Program-made: the position numbers and the translations under genes | DNA from: Anaeramoeba ignava BMAN | Taxonomy: Eukaryota > Protista > Anaeramoebae | Assembly (NCBI GenBank): GCA_028826165.1 | Contig: JAPDFW010000022.1 | Span: 186,001-250,000, forward strand | DNA: 64,000 nucleotides | Reading direction: 5' to 3' | The notes under the pieces: model-generated | The model's input: the letters and a program-made list of their open reading frames with translations, nothing else | Told to the model about the DNA's origin: nothing | The model's database searches: none | Part shown: one piece after another, positions 1 through 10,879 of the stretch | Layout: each line of letters opens with the position of its first letter | Position numbering within the stretch: the first letter of the stretch is position 1

Positions 1-599
1 ATAATTCTTGATTTGAATTTAAAAGAAAAACATGATATGAATCATTTCCTGAAAATATTTTAGAAACATTTTCTCATCATTAAAATTGGTTTTTTTGTTT
101 TTTTAAGTGTTTTAGAATCAAAACCAAGTTGACGATCTTCATTTGAACCAATTCCATAAGCGTTTTTATTTGAAGTTAATAAGTAAATTGAACTATCTCC
201 AGAAACAATATCTTGAATTATTTTATCATTTGAATCTTCAATTAATGATGAAATATTGATAAATTCATTTGGATTTTTTGGATTAATATCTTTTCCTTTG
301 GCAAATACATTTCCTTCTATTGTTAAAATAGCTTCATTTTTAAAACCAGCAGTTACTTTTTGAATATTTTCAATTTGAATTTTTGAAGGATTTTGATTTG
401 AATTTTGGAGATATTCTATTGTTTTTCCATTTTTAAAAAGGAAAATTGTTGAAAAACAACCTGTTGAAATTTGTTTAATTTGTTTTTCATTTTCATTTTC
501 ATTTTCAAATTTAAATTGAATTGGTTTTGTTATTTCATTTGGTTCATTTTTGATAAGTTTTGATTCTTGATTTAAACCAAAAAATATAATTTCATTCAT
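1..599 (-). CDS. RCC1-repeat/BTB family paralogue (copy 0), frameshifted, continues off the window edge
   Basis: MNEIIFFG...GSNEDRQLGFD N-terminus has the same layout as the six + strand copies. An extra G (ATGAGAAAA vs ATGAAAAA, ~73) breaks the frame; KIFSGN..HVFLLNSNQEL continues in another frame to position 1. Confidence 0.88.
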
Positions 600-640
600 T
601 TTTGAAAAGAAAAAAAATGAAAAAATGAATTTTTGGATTT

Positions 641-1440
641 TTATTCTTTTTTTTCTTTTTGTTCTTTTTGTTCTTTTTTAATAAAAATAAATTGATAAAT
701 TGATAAACAAAATCCAAAAATCAAAACTAAAAATGAAATTAAAAACCAAATTAAAATAATTGTAATATTCATTATTGTTGGAAATGGAAAATGAGAAACA
801 AAATAATTATATTTTTGATTTAAAGAAAATGAATTTTCTTCAATTTCAAAAGTAACAAATCCTCCTCCAAAATCTCCAAGAATAGATCTTAAAGTATATT
901 CAAAAATATAATTATTTTCATTATTTTTTTCATGTTTATAAATACATCCATAATGATCATGTCCAGTAAAAATTAATTTGGGTTTGATTTTTTCAAGAAT
1001 AAATTTAGAATTTTCTTCTGAAAGTAAATTTTGTTCAACAACTGCATTTTTAGATATTATAGATTCAAATTGATCAAGAGCTGAATCTCCTGAACAACTT
1101 CCTTTTGGTTTATAAAGTGGAATATGCATAAATAAAATGATTGGTTTTTCATTCGTAACTTCACTTAATTTCAAAACAAAATCCCAAGTTTTTGATTTTT
1201 CAATTTCATTTAATGAACCATCTAATGGAATATTATTTAGAAAAGCAAAAATATGATTTGATTCATTCATTTCAATGTTTAATTTATTAAAATTTTTTTC
1301 AAATCTTTCAATAATAAATGGAACACATTCAATTCCATATCCAATATCATGATTTCCAGCCATTGTTATTAATTCTATTGATTTATTTTTTTGAATCAAT
1401 TCGAAAATATTATTAAATCTTTCAATTCTTTGATTGAATT
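641..1440 (-). pseudogene. 5'-truncated inverted duplicate of the Ted1-like metallophosphoesterase
   Basis: Near-identical to ~15367-16166 but lacks the N-terminal TM segment and the DPQ and GD metal motifs. First in-frame ATG is at MAGNHD. Confidence 0.85.
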
Positions 1441-1548
1441 TGTAATCATCTTTATCAGAATTTCTATTAAGTATTTCAAATGTTTCTATTTTTTTTACAT
1501 TTCTCTTTTATAATTAATCCAAGTATAATTTTTGCTAATTTAATTCTT
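1441..1548 (-). pseudogene. Decayed fragment of VPS26 last exon
   Basis: Reverse complement (aagaattaaattagcaaaaattatacttgga...aaaatagaaacatttgaaatactt...ctgataaagatgat) aligns to ~14502-14625. Confidence 0.8.
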
Positions 1549-1766
1549 AAATTAGATTAAAAAGTAAAAAAAGAAGTTTGAAAAGAAGTGTTTGATCAAA
1601 TTTAATCATTTCAAAAAAAAAAGAAGAAGAAGAAGAAGAAGGTATTTGAAAAAAAAAGAAAAAAAGAAAAAGAAAAATTTCGACTTTTGTCAATTGAAGG
1701 CAAAAAAAAAAATTGAAGGCAAAAAAACAACAAAAAGCAAACAAATTGAGACACAAAACAAAACAA

Positions 1767-2534
1767 TCATTTTTTAGCATTTTGGTCTAAATTTTTAACT
1801 GGATTCTTTTCATCCAACAAACGAAAAAGCATTTTCCCTCTTTTATATTTAGTATCATTAATATATCCCATATTGTTCATGAAAGAAGTGATGCTTCTTC
1901 TAACATTTTTCTTCTTTTGGTTTGTGTGATTTTCACAAAAATCAAAAAGTTTATCTTTAATAACAACTTTAAGTGGCTTTTTCGTTTGGATTTTTTTCAT
2001 CGAATTCTCCTTCCAACCAGAAATGAAGATCTTTCCACAACGCGCAAACTGGTCCAACCGATAACCAATTCCTGGGGAAGGTTTGCGTTGTAGAAATGAA
2101 ACCAGCTCCTTTTTTCTTTTCTTGAGTTCTTCTGGTTCATCTTCAATATCTTTTTTCCGTTTTTTGTGATTTAATTTCGAAATTTTTTTTGTCTTGTTTT
2201 TTTCCTCATGAGAAATTTCATCATTGCTTTCTGAAAGCGCACTTGAATCATATTCATCTTCGGAATCTGAATTTGTGTGTGATTGGGATTTTTTTGTTTT
2301 ATTCTCGCCTTGTTTGTTTGCTGTTTCTTGTTGTGGATAAATGGAGTTTTCTTGTTGATTTTCATTGATTTGTTCGTTGCTTGTTTTTATCTGTTTTTCA
2401 GATTCAATTTCTTCAAGAACATTGAATGTTTCTGTTTGTGTTGAATTCGAAAACAATGATCTTCTTTCTTCGGTATGAAAAAAAGGTTCCTGAAGATTCA
2501 ATAATAAATTTAATGTTTGATCGTTTGTTATCAT
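1767..2534 (-). CDS. Hypothetical nuclear protein (255 aa): acidic/basic disordered region, NLS-like KKRKK, compact basic C-terminal domain (possible winged helix)
   Basis: Clean ATG ORF with coding-like composition. The domain identity is only a guess. Confidence 0.75.
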   Translation of the reverse strand: MITNDQTLNLLLNLQEPFFHTEERRSLFSNSTQTETFNVLEEIESEKQIKTSNEQINENQQENSIYPQQETANKQGENKTKKSQSHTNSDSEDEYDSSALSESNDEISHEEKNKTKKISKLNHKKRKKDIEDEPEELKKRKKELVSFLQRKPSPGIGYRLDQFARCGKIFISGWKENSMKKIQTKKPLKVVIKDKLFDFCENHTNQKKKNVRRSITSFMNNMGYINDTKYKRGKMLFRLLDEKNPVKNLDQNAKK

Positions 2535-3293
2535 TTTTATTTCTTTCTTTTATTTTTGTTTTCGATATTTGTTTGTTTGATTTTTTTTTGTATAAGTTGT
2601 AGATTTATTTGGGTTTTTGTTTTTTTTTTTATAGATTTTGCTTTTTTCTTTTGTTTGAAAATTTGATTTGAAAAAAATTTTTTAAAAAATTTTTTTTTGC
2701 TTTTTTCTTTTGGGTTTTCTTTTTTGGAAAATTTGACTTGAATTTAATGAGAATTTTCTTTTATTTTTTTTTTTAAAAAAGAAATTAATAAACTCAAATA
2801 TTCAAAATTGAGTTGGGAAATCTAAAAAACAAAAAAAGAAAATGAATTGATATAAAAAAAAAAATGAAATTAAAAAAAAATAAAAAAAATTTTTTAATTT
2901 AATTTAATTTTAAAAAAAAAAGCAAAAAAAAATTTTTAAAAAAGAAATTTAATAATAAACAATTAAAAATAAATTGTTTGATCGTTTTAATTATTAATTT
3001 TTATAATTTAAAATTTTTTCTTTCTATTTCATCAATAATTAAAAAAAACAAAAACAAAAAAACAAAAAAAATAAAATTATTATTAATTTTTTAAAAATAT
3101 TATCTAATTATTTTAAAAAATTATTTGTTAAATTTTTTTTTTTTATTTTTTTTAATTAAAAAAAAATTTTTTTTTTTTTCATTTTTTTTATTTTTTTCTT
3201 TTTAAAAAAAAATTTTGTAAGTTATAATTATAAATTTAAAAAAAACAAACATTTTAAAAAATAAATTTATAAATTATATTTTATTAATAGAGA

Positions 3294-4182
3294 ATGCCAC
3301 CAACAAAAAATAAGAGAAAATCAAAAGAAGATATTTTAAAGAAACAACCAAAACAAGCAGTTACACGAGAATTTACAATTCATATTCATAAATATATTCA
3401 TGGAATGTGTGTATTTGGAAATTATTATTTGGATTTAAAATTCAATTAAAATTAAAATTCATTTATAAAATTAAAATTAAAAATTCATTTAAAATTAAAA
3501 TTCATTTATAAAATTTAAAATTAAAATTAAAATTAAAATTAAAATTAAAATAAATTAAAATTAAAATTAAAATTAAAATTAAAATTCATTTAAAATAAAT
3601 TAAAATTCAAATAAATTAAAATTAAAATTAAAATTAAAATTAAAATTCATTTAAAATTCATTTAAAATTAATATTAAAATTCATTTAAAATTAAAATTCA
3701 TTTATAAAATTAAAATTAAAATTATTATTTTTAGTCAATTTAAAAAAAGAGCACCAAGAGCAATTAAAGCTATTAGAAAATTTGCAACTAAAATGATGGG
3801 AACAAAAGAAGTTAAAGTTACACCATCAGTTAATCAAGTAAAAATAATTAAAATTAAAAAAATTTATTAATTAATTTATTTATTTATTTATTAATTTATT
3901 TATTAATTTATTTATTTATTAATTTATTTATTAATTTATTTATTTATTTATTTATTTATTAATTTATTTATTAATTTATTTATTAATTTATTTATTAATT
4001 TATTTATAATTCAAAAGTATATTTGGTCAAAAGGAATTCGAAATGTTCCTTATAGAATTCGAGTTAGATTACATCGCAAAGTAAATGAAGATGAAGATGC
4101 ACCTGAAAAATTCTTTACTGAAGTTACATATATTCCAGTTAAATCATTCAAAGGATTACAAACACAAACAATTAATAATTAA
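3294..4182 (+). CDS. RPL31: 60S ribosomal protein L31 (eL31); exons 3294-3406, 3735-3837, 4018-4182; 126 aa
   Basis: Spliced translation [33 protein letters not shown]...[16 protein letters not shown]. Both introns are GT-AG with matching phases. Missed by the ORF track. Confidence 0.97.
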
Positions 4183-4494
4183 ACATTTAAAAATTAATTA
4201 AAAAGATTAAACAAAATGATAATCAGAAAATTTAGTTTAATTTCCTCTCTTTCTCTTTCTCTTTTTTCTTTTTTCTTTCCAAAAAAAAATCAAATACAAA
4301 ATTCATCATAAATAAACTTTCTTCATCAAAAAAAAAAAAAAAAAAAGAAAAGAAAAACTTTTAAATTGTTTTAAATTTTAATTGAAAATGGAAAATTCAA
4401 AAATCAAAATTCTAAATACAAAATAATCACAAAATCAAAACAAATTATTTGTTATTTTCTTTTTTCTTTTTTCTTTTTTACATTTTCTTTTGTT

Positions 4495-6215
4495 TTAAAA
4501 AATTAATTCAGTTGAATTTTCTGGATTTATTAAATCATAATGAACATTTGAATCATTTGAAGAAACTTGAGCAGAATTTGAATCAGTTGATTTTGAATTT
4601 TCTCGACTTTCAGATTCATAAAAAGATAATTTTTGACGGAAACTTTGAAGTTTATTATCAGAAGGAATATTGATTTTTGAATCAGTTGATTTTGGAGGAG
4701 TTAATTTTGCAAAATTTGAATCATTGTTTTTATTCAAAGAATTGAAAATATTTTGTGAATTTTGTGAAAAAATTGCTGAATCGGTTGAAAATTTAAAATC
4801 ACTCAAAAAAGATGGATAATTTAATTGAGAATGTAAAGGTGAAACCAAGAAAGAATTTGTGGGTGTTGGCTGTTGGAAAAGAAAGCCTGGTTGTGAAGGC
4901 TCAAAATTCAATCCTATGCTTGTTTTTTTGTCTTGAGAATCTGTCAAGTTTGGTGAGTTGACACGAAAAAGATTCGAATTTTGAGAAAAGTTTGAATTGA
5001 GTTGAGACATATTAATCATGTGATTCGGATGAGTTTATATTCGGCGGCAATTCTTGGTTTGAAAATCCTAAATTTGAAAATGTGAAAAAATCTTGCTGTC
5101 CAAAATTCCTTAATGGCAACGGTGTTGAATCAAGTTGCAATATAGAATCCATTTTTGTGTTGCTAAAATTGTTTGCGAAGTTGCCAAGATTGGAATCGTT
5201 ATTTGGAAATAAATTTTCTTGTTTGCTTTTCTGTCGATTTTTTTTCGCGCTCAATTTATTTTTCATTTTGTTTGATATTTTGTTTTTTCCTTTCAACATT
5301 CTTGCCTTTTTGCTGCTTTTTTCTTGTTCTTCTGCGCGTGAAAATTGCTCCATAAACTTTTTCTCTTGTATTTTATTTTGGCTTGGCTTCTCGTTTCTTA
5401 TTTTGCTTTTTTTCTTTCTTTTTCTTCTTGCTTGCTTTATATTTTTTTCCCCTTTTTTTGCTTTCGCTTTTTTTCCCCTTTTGATATTTTTGTTGTATTT
5501 TTTTTCATTTTCGGGAATGTCAATATTGTTGAAAGAATTTGCAAAAAAATTGCTAATTGAATTTTGATTTATATTTTCAATTGGTTTTCCTTTTGGATTT
5601 TCAATTGTATTTTCTTTTAAATTTTCATTTGTATTTTTCTCTTCTTTTTGTTCAATTTTCCAAAAATATTCAAGTGAAAGATATCCTTGAATTGGATTAT
5701 CTTCCGCTAAATCACGCACTAAAACACCATCTGAATTTTGTAAACACCAGCCTGCTCGATCTTTTGGTGCAGAAACTGGAAACAAGATTACATAGCTGTC
5801 ATATTTGGGGGACTATTTATTAAAATCAATTTATCAATAAAAACAATTTTGATGTGAATTTTTTTTTTTTTTTCAAATTCAAAAAAAAATTTTTTATATA
5901 TTATTTACTTTTACAAATGCTTCTTTCCATTTTCGATTTAAATGTTCTAAAACTGAACGAAGTGGTTTTGTTGATTTCATTGATAATCTAAATTGAAAAG
6001 TATTTTTCTTTTTATTGATATCAAAAAAACGGAATTTTTTTTAAAAAAAAAATTTACTGAAGATATGGAATATGTCCGCTTTCTATTAATATATTTGCTT
6101 GTTCTTGTTCTTTTGGTACAAGTCGGATCACAAATTGTTTTTCTGTTGATTCACTTGACTTTGATTTATTTGATTTATTTGATTTTGACTTTGATTTTAA
6201 CTTTGATTTTGGCAT
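4495..6215 (-). CDS. CRAMP1/TSL-kinase-interacting protein 1 (TKI1)-like domain protein; exons 6215-6058, 5987-5909, 5812-(5012 or 4495)
   Basis: Spliced N-terminus IRLVP...ESGHIPYLQLSMKSTKPLRSVLEHLNRKW...ILFP...W...LEYFW resembles the TKI1 segment LQLFP...G-HPYLELTL...KISSVL-H...KW. Stop or frameshift near 5012-5035. Confidence 0.7.
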
Positions 6216-6569
6216 TTATTTTGAATAAAATAATTTTGATCAATTTAATTTGAGAAAAAGAAAAAAAAATGCAAAAAAAATGAAAAAAAAATGAAAAAAA
6301 ATTTTTTTATCTTTTTCTCTTTTTTAAAGTTATCGTTAAAAAAAAAAATTAAATAAAAAATTAAATAAAAAAAAAGGAGAAAAAAAAAAATTAAATTAAA
6401 TTAATAAAAAAAGGAGAAAAAAAATTTAATTAAAAAATTTTACTTTTTTTTGTGTGTTTTTCTTTTAATTTTGAATATGCCCCCTTATTTAATTCTTTTA
6501 CATAAATAAATTAAAATTAAAATTAAAAAATAAAAAAAAAGAAAAAAAAAAGAAAAAATGAAAATTAAA

Positions 6570-7645
6570 TTTAAAAAATAAAATAAAAACAAAAAAAATA
6601 AAAAAAAAGAAAATAATTCATAAATCAATTCTATTCCTTTTTTCATTATTAATTCTCTTATCTAAGTTTATTAAAATTAATTTTATTATTGAAAAACAAA
6701 TTAAAATAATTTATTCTCAAATAAAATATCAAAATTCAAATCTATTTTAATAAAAATTAAATTTAAATTTGTTAATAAAATTAAATTTTAAAGAAATATT
6801 CTAAATTATTAATAACTTATTATTTAATTAATTTTTGATTTTTAAATAATAAAAAAATTAAATTTAAAAAATAAAATAATTTAAATCTATTTTAATAAAA
6901 ATTAAAAATAGATTTGTTAATAAAATTAAATTTTAAAGAAATATTCTAAATTATTAATAACTTATTATTTAATTAATTTTTGATTTTTAAATAATAAAAA
7001 AATTAAATTTAAAAATAAAATAAAAACAAAAAAATAAAAAAAACAAAATAATTCATAAATCAATTCTATTCCTTTTTTTATTAATTCTTTTGTCCAAGTT
7101 TATTAAAATTAGTTTTATTATTGAAAAACAAATTAAAATAATTTATTCCAAATAAAATAACAAAATTTAAACCTATTTTAATAAAAATTAAAAAATAAAT
7201 TTGTTAATAAAATTAAATTTTAAAAATATTCTAAATTATTAATAATTTATTATTTAATTAATTTTTTGATTTTTAAATAATAAAAAAATTAAATTTAAAA
7301 ATATCAAAATTCAAACCTATTTTAATAAAAATTAAATTTAAATTTGTTAATAAAATTAAATTTTAAAGAAATATTCCAAATTATTAATAATTTATTATTT
7401 AATTAATTTTTGATTTTTAAATAATAAAAAAATTAAATTTAAAAAATATCAAAATTCAAATCTATTTTAATAAAAATTGAATTTAAATTTGTTAATAAAA
7501 TTAAATTTTAAAGAAATATTCCAAATTATTAATAACTTATTATTTAATTAATTTTTGATTTTTAAATAATAAAAAAATTAAATTTAAAAAATAACAAAAT
7601 TTAAACCTATTTTAATAAAAATTAAAAATAGATTTGTTAATAAGA
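6570..7645. repeat. Intergenic tandem repeat with a 145-bp unit and an interspersed ~140-bp second unit (B-A-A-B-A-A-A-partial)
   Basis: AAATTATTAATAA recurs at 6803, 6948, 7233, 7378 and 7523. Confidence 0.9.
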
Positions 7646-7710
7646 TTGAGAAAGAATATTTTTATAAAAATGAAGAAAAGAAAAAGAAAAGAAAATTCAA
7701 GAAAAAAAAA

Positions 7711-8569
7711 TTAAAGCATTTTGCGAATTTTTCTGTTATTTTGATCAATCATATAATTTGCTTTATCAACTTTAGTATCAATTTCATCCAACATTTTTGA
7801 ATGTCTTTCAAGTTCAGAGTTTTGTTCTAAACCAATTTGTTTTAAATTACCAAGTAAATTCGAGATTTGATTAAGATCTTCATCAATTTCATCAAGCTCT
7901 TTCTTTTTTTCATCTGAGATCTTAGAATGATCAATTCCATCAAAAGCACTTTTTTGATTGGTTTTTGCTGGTTCTTTTTGATATTTTAATTTTTGACTCC
8001 CTTTTATTTTTTGTGATGTTTGTTTTTCTTCTTCGGGTTCAATTTTTGGTTGTTGTTTTTTTTTTCTTTCGAGAAAATTTATTTGAAATTGCTCCAAAAA
8101 TACTTCCCATTCCTTTGGTTTTTTTGAGAAGAATATTTCAGTAAAAAGATTTTCTGCGTATTTTTGGTTTTTTTATTTTTATTTACCTTTTAATATTTTC
8201 GAAGATTTTTCGTTATTTTCTTCAATATTATCCATCTTTATAAAAAAAAAGAAAATATTTTTGATTAATGAATAAATGGAAAAAATTTAAGTATTTAAGA
8301 ATTATAATTACTTTCTTATTGACTCTATTGAGTTGGTCTATTTTTTTAAAGATTAAAAATTTGAATTAAATTTTTTTTGAAATTTTTTTTTGAATTTTTT
8401 TGATTGTTTTTTTTTTACCTCCTTGTTTTTCTAATTGTTCAAGTGTTGCTATTCCGATTTCTTCTGAATTTACTAATGTTGAAACCATCCTTTTGGTTGT
8501 TGATTGTGGCTGTTGTTGTTGTTGTTGTTGCACAAATTCTTCTCCAAATGCAATTGGTTTTCTATTCAT
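7711..8569 (-). CDS. SNAP-25/SNAP-29-like Qbc SNARE; exons 8569-8419, 8337-8312, 8235-8187, 8112-7711 (apparent homopolymer frameshift ~8060)
   Basis: Qb motif STTKRMV...EEIGIATLEQLEKQG-DQLNRV...MDNIEEN; Qc motif EIDEDLNQISNLLGNLKQIGLEQNSELERHSKMLDEIDTKVD. Confidence 0.9.
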
Positions 8570-8782
8570 AATTAAAAAAAAATAATTAAAAAAATAAAAA
8601 AAGAAAAAAAATGAAAATTAAAAAAAGGAAAAAAAGTTTTTAAAAAGAAGAAAAACGTTTTTTTAATTAAATTGAGAATTTAAAACCATTTTTAAATTTA
8701 ATCAAAATTTTTGTTCCACTTTTTAAAATTTAAAATAAATAAAATCCCAAAAAGAAAATTTTTTTTCAATTTAATTTCAATT

Positions 8783-9541
8783 TCATTTCAAAGCAAAAAT
8801 TGTTGTTCCACAAGTTGGATCTCCAAAATCAATTTCACTTTCATTCAAAACTTCAAGCCCAACTTTTTGGAAGATGGCTTTATAATGTTTTGAAGATCGA
8901 ACCAAATAATTATCTTCTTCAAAATAAAGAAATTGATCATCAAAAGAAGTTTCATCTTTAATAATAATTAACCCATTTTCTTTCAAACCACTTTGACATT
9001 TTTCAAGTAAATTCACTAAATCTTCATCTTTAAAATAAACAAGAACCCATTGGATCCAAATCAAATCATATTTTTTGGATTCAGGAATAAATTTTTCTAA
9101 AGGAGAGCAAAAATAGTTCATTATTTTTCCCGAATTTGAAAAATTTTTTTCTGCTTCTTTAAGAAATCTTTCTTCAGAATCAACAAGATCAATAAAATCA
9201 AAAAAAGGCATCAAAACATTCTTAGTTATTCTTCCAATTCCACATGCACAATCTAAAGCACATCTGTTTGTTTTTGATAAATTTGAAACAAATGGCTCCA
9301 AAAATTGGATTGAATGTTTGTGATCTTTTTCCGCTATATGTTCATATCCAATTAGCATTCCATTTATTGTCGCTGGCGCTTTTGCCCAATATTTTTTGGA
9401 TTTTGAATACCAATCTTTTTCTTTTTCAAAAATTGTCTGAAAATTGTCAATTTTGATTCCTTTTTCGTAATCTTTTCCTGTTATTTGTTCTTGCAATTCT
9501 TCTAAATTTAACTCTTCAATTTCTTTTTCTTTTTCTTTCAT
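8783..9541 (-). CDS. NTM1: Alpha-N-terminal protein methyltransferase (NTM1/NTMT1 family)
   Basis: WY...YW...PATINGML, ALDCACGIGRITK, YDLIWIQWV, DEDLV, GLIIIKD motifs. Confidence 0.9.
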   Translation of the reverse strand: MKEKEKEIEELNLEELQEQITGKDYEKGIKIDNFQTIFEKEKDWYSKSKKYWAKAPATINGMLIGYEHIAEKDHKHSIQFLEPFVSNLSKTNRCALDCACGIGRITKNVLMPFFDFIDLVDSEERFLKEAEKNFSNSGKIMNYFCSPLEKFIPESKKYDLIWIQWVLVYFKDEDLVNLLEKCQSGLKENGLIIIKDETSFDDQFLYFEEDNYLVRSSKHYKAIFQKVGLEVLNESEIDFGDPTCGTTIFALK

Positions 9542-9629
9542 TTTTTCAATTAAAATTGCTTACAAAACAAAAATGAGGAAAAAAATGAAAAAAAATCAAA
9601 AAAATTTTTTCTTTCCTTTTTTTCCAAAT

Positions 9630-10680
9630 TTGATTTATTCAAATTTATAATTAATAATTAATTTTATTTAAATTATAATTTTAAAACAAATTATAAATAA
9701 ATTATTAATAAATTTTATTTTAAATTTTGAAATAATATTAATTCAATTTTTAATTAATTTTTTATAAGAAATTTTATTTATTTGAATTAATAATTAATAA
9801 TTAATTTTATTTAAATTATAATTTTAAAACAAATTATAAATAAATTATTAATAAATTTTATTATAAATTTTGAAATAAAATTAATTCAATTTTTTAATTA
9901 ATTTTTAATAAGAAATTTGATTTATTTGAATTTATAATTAATAATTAATTTTATTTAAATTATAATTTTAAAACAAATTATAAATAAATTATTAATAAGT
10001 TTTATTTTAAATTTTGAAATAAAATTAATTCAATTTTTGATTAATTTTTATAAGAAATTTTATTTATTTGAATTTATAATGAATAACTAATTTTATTTAA
10101 CTTATAATTTTAAAACAAATTATAAATAAATTATTAATAAGTTTTATTATAAATTTTGAAATAAAATTAATTCAATTTTTAATTAATTTTTAATAAGAAA
10201 TTTTATTTATTTAAATTAATAATTAATAATTAATTTTATTTAACTTATATTTTTAAAACAAATTATAAATAAATTATTAATAAGTTTTATTATAAATTTT
10301 GAAATAAAATTAATTCAATTTTTGATTAATTTTTATAAGAAATTTGGTTTATTTGAATTTATAATGAATAACTAATTTTATTTAAATTATAATTTTAAAA
10401 ACAAATTATAAATAAATTATTAATAAGTTTTATTATAAATTTTGAAATAAAATTAATTCAATTTTTTGATTAATTTTTTATAAGAAATTTGGTTTATTTG
10501 AATTAAAAATTAATAATTAATTTTATTTAAATTATAATTTTAAAACAAATTATAAATAAATTATTAATAAGTTTTATTATAAATTTTGAAATAAAATTAA
10601 TTCAATTTTTTGATTAATTTTTTATAAGAAATTTGGTTTATTTGAATTTATAATGAATAATAATAATTTATGAATAAATC
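9630..10680. repeat. Intergenic tandem repeat, ~143-bp unit, ~7 copies, between the divergent NTM1 and VPS26 genes
   Basis: AAATTTTGAAAT recurs at ~9722, 9865, 10009, 10151, 10293, 10437 and 10581. Confidence 0.92.
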
Positions 10681-10879
10681 TATTTAAAATAAAATTAAAC
10701 AAAATATAAAATCAAATCTTTTTAAAACAAAATCATTTTAAGAAATAAATTTGATTGAAAGAAAAAAAGAAAAAAGGGGAAAAAATTTAAAAAAAATGAA
10801 AAAAAACTTTCGTCAAAAGATCTAAAAGAAAGAAAACCAAAATCATTTTTTTTTTCAAAAAGAAAATAACAGAAAACTG

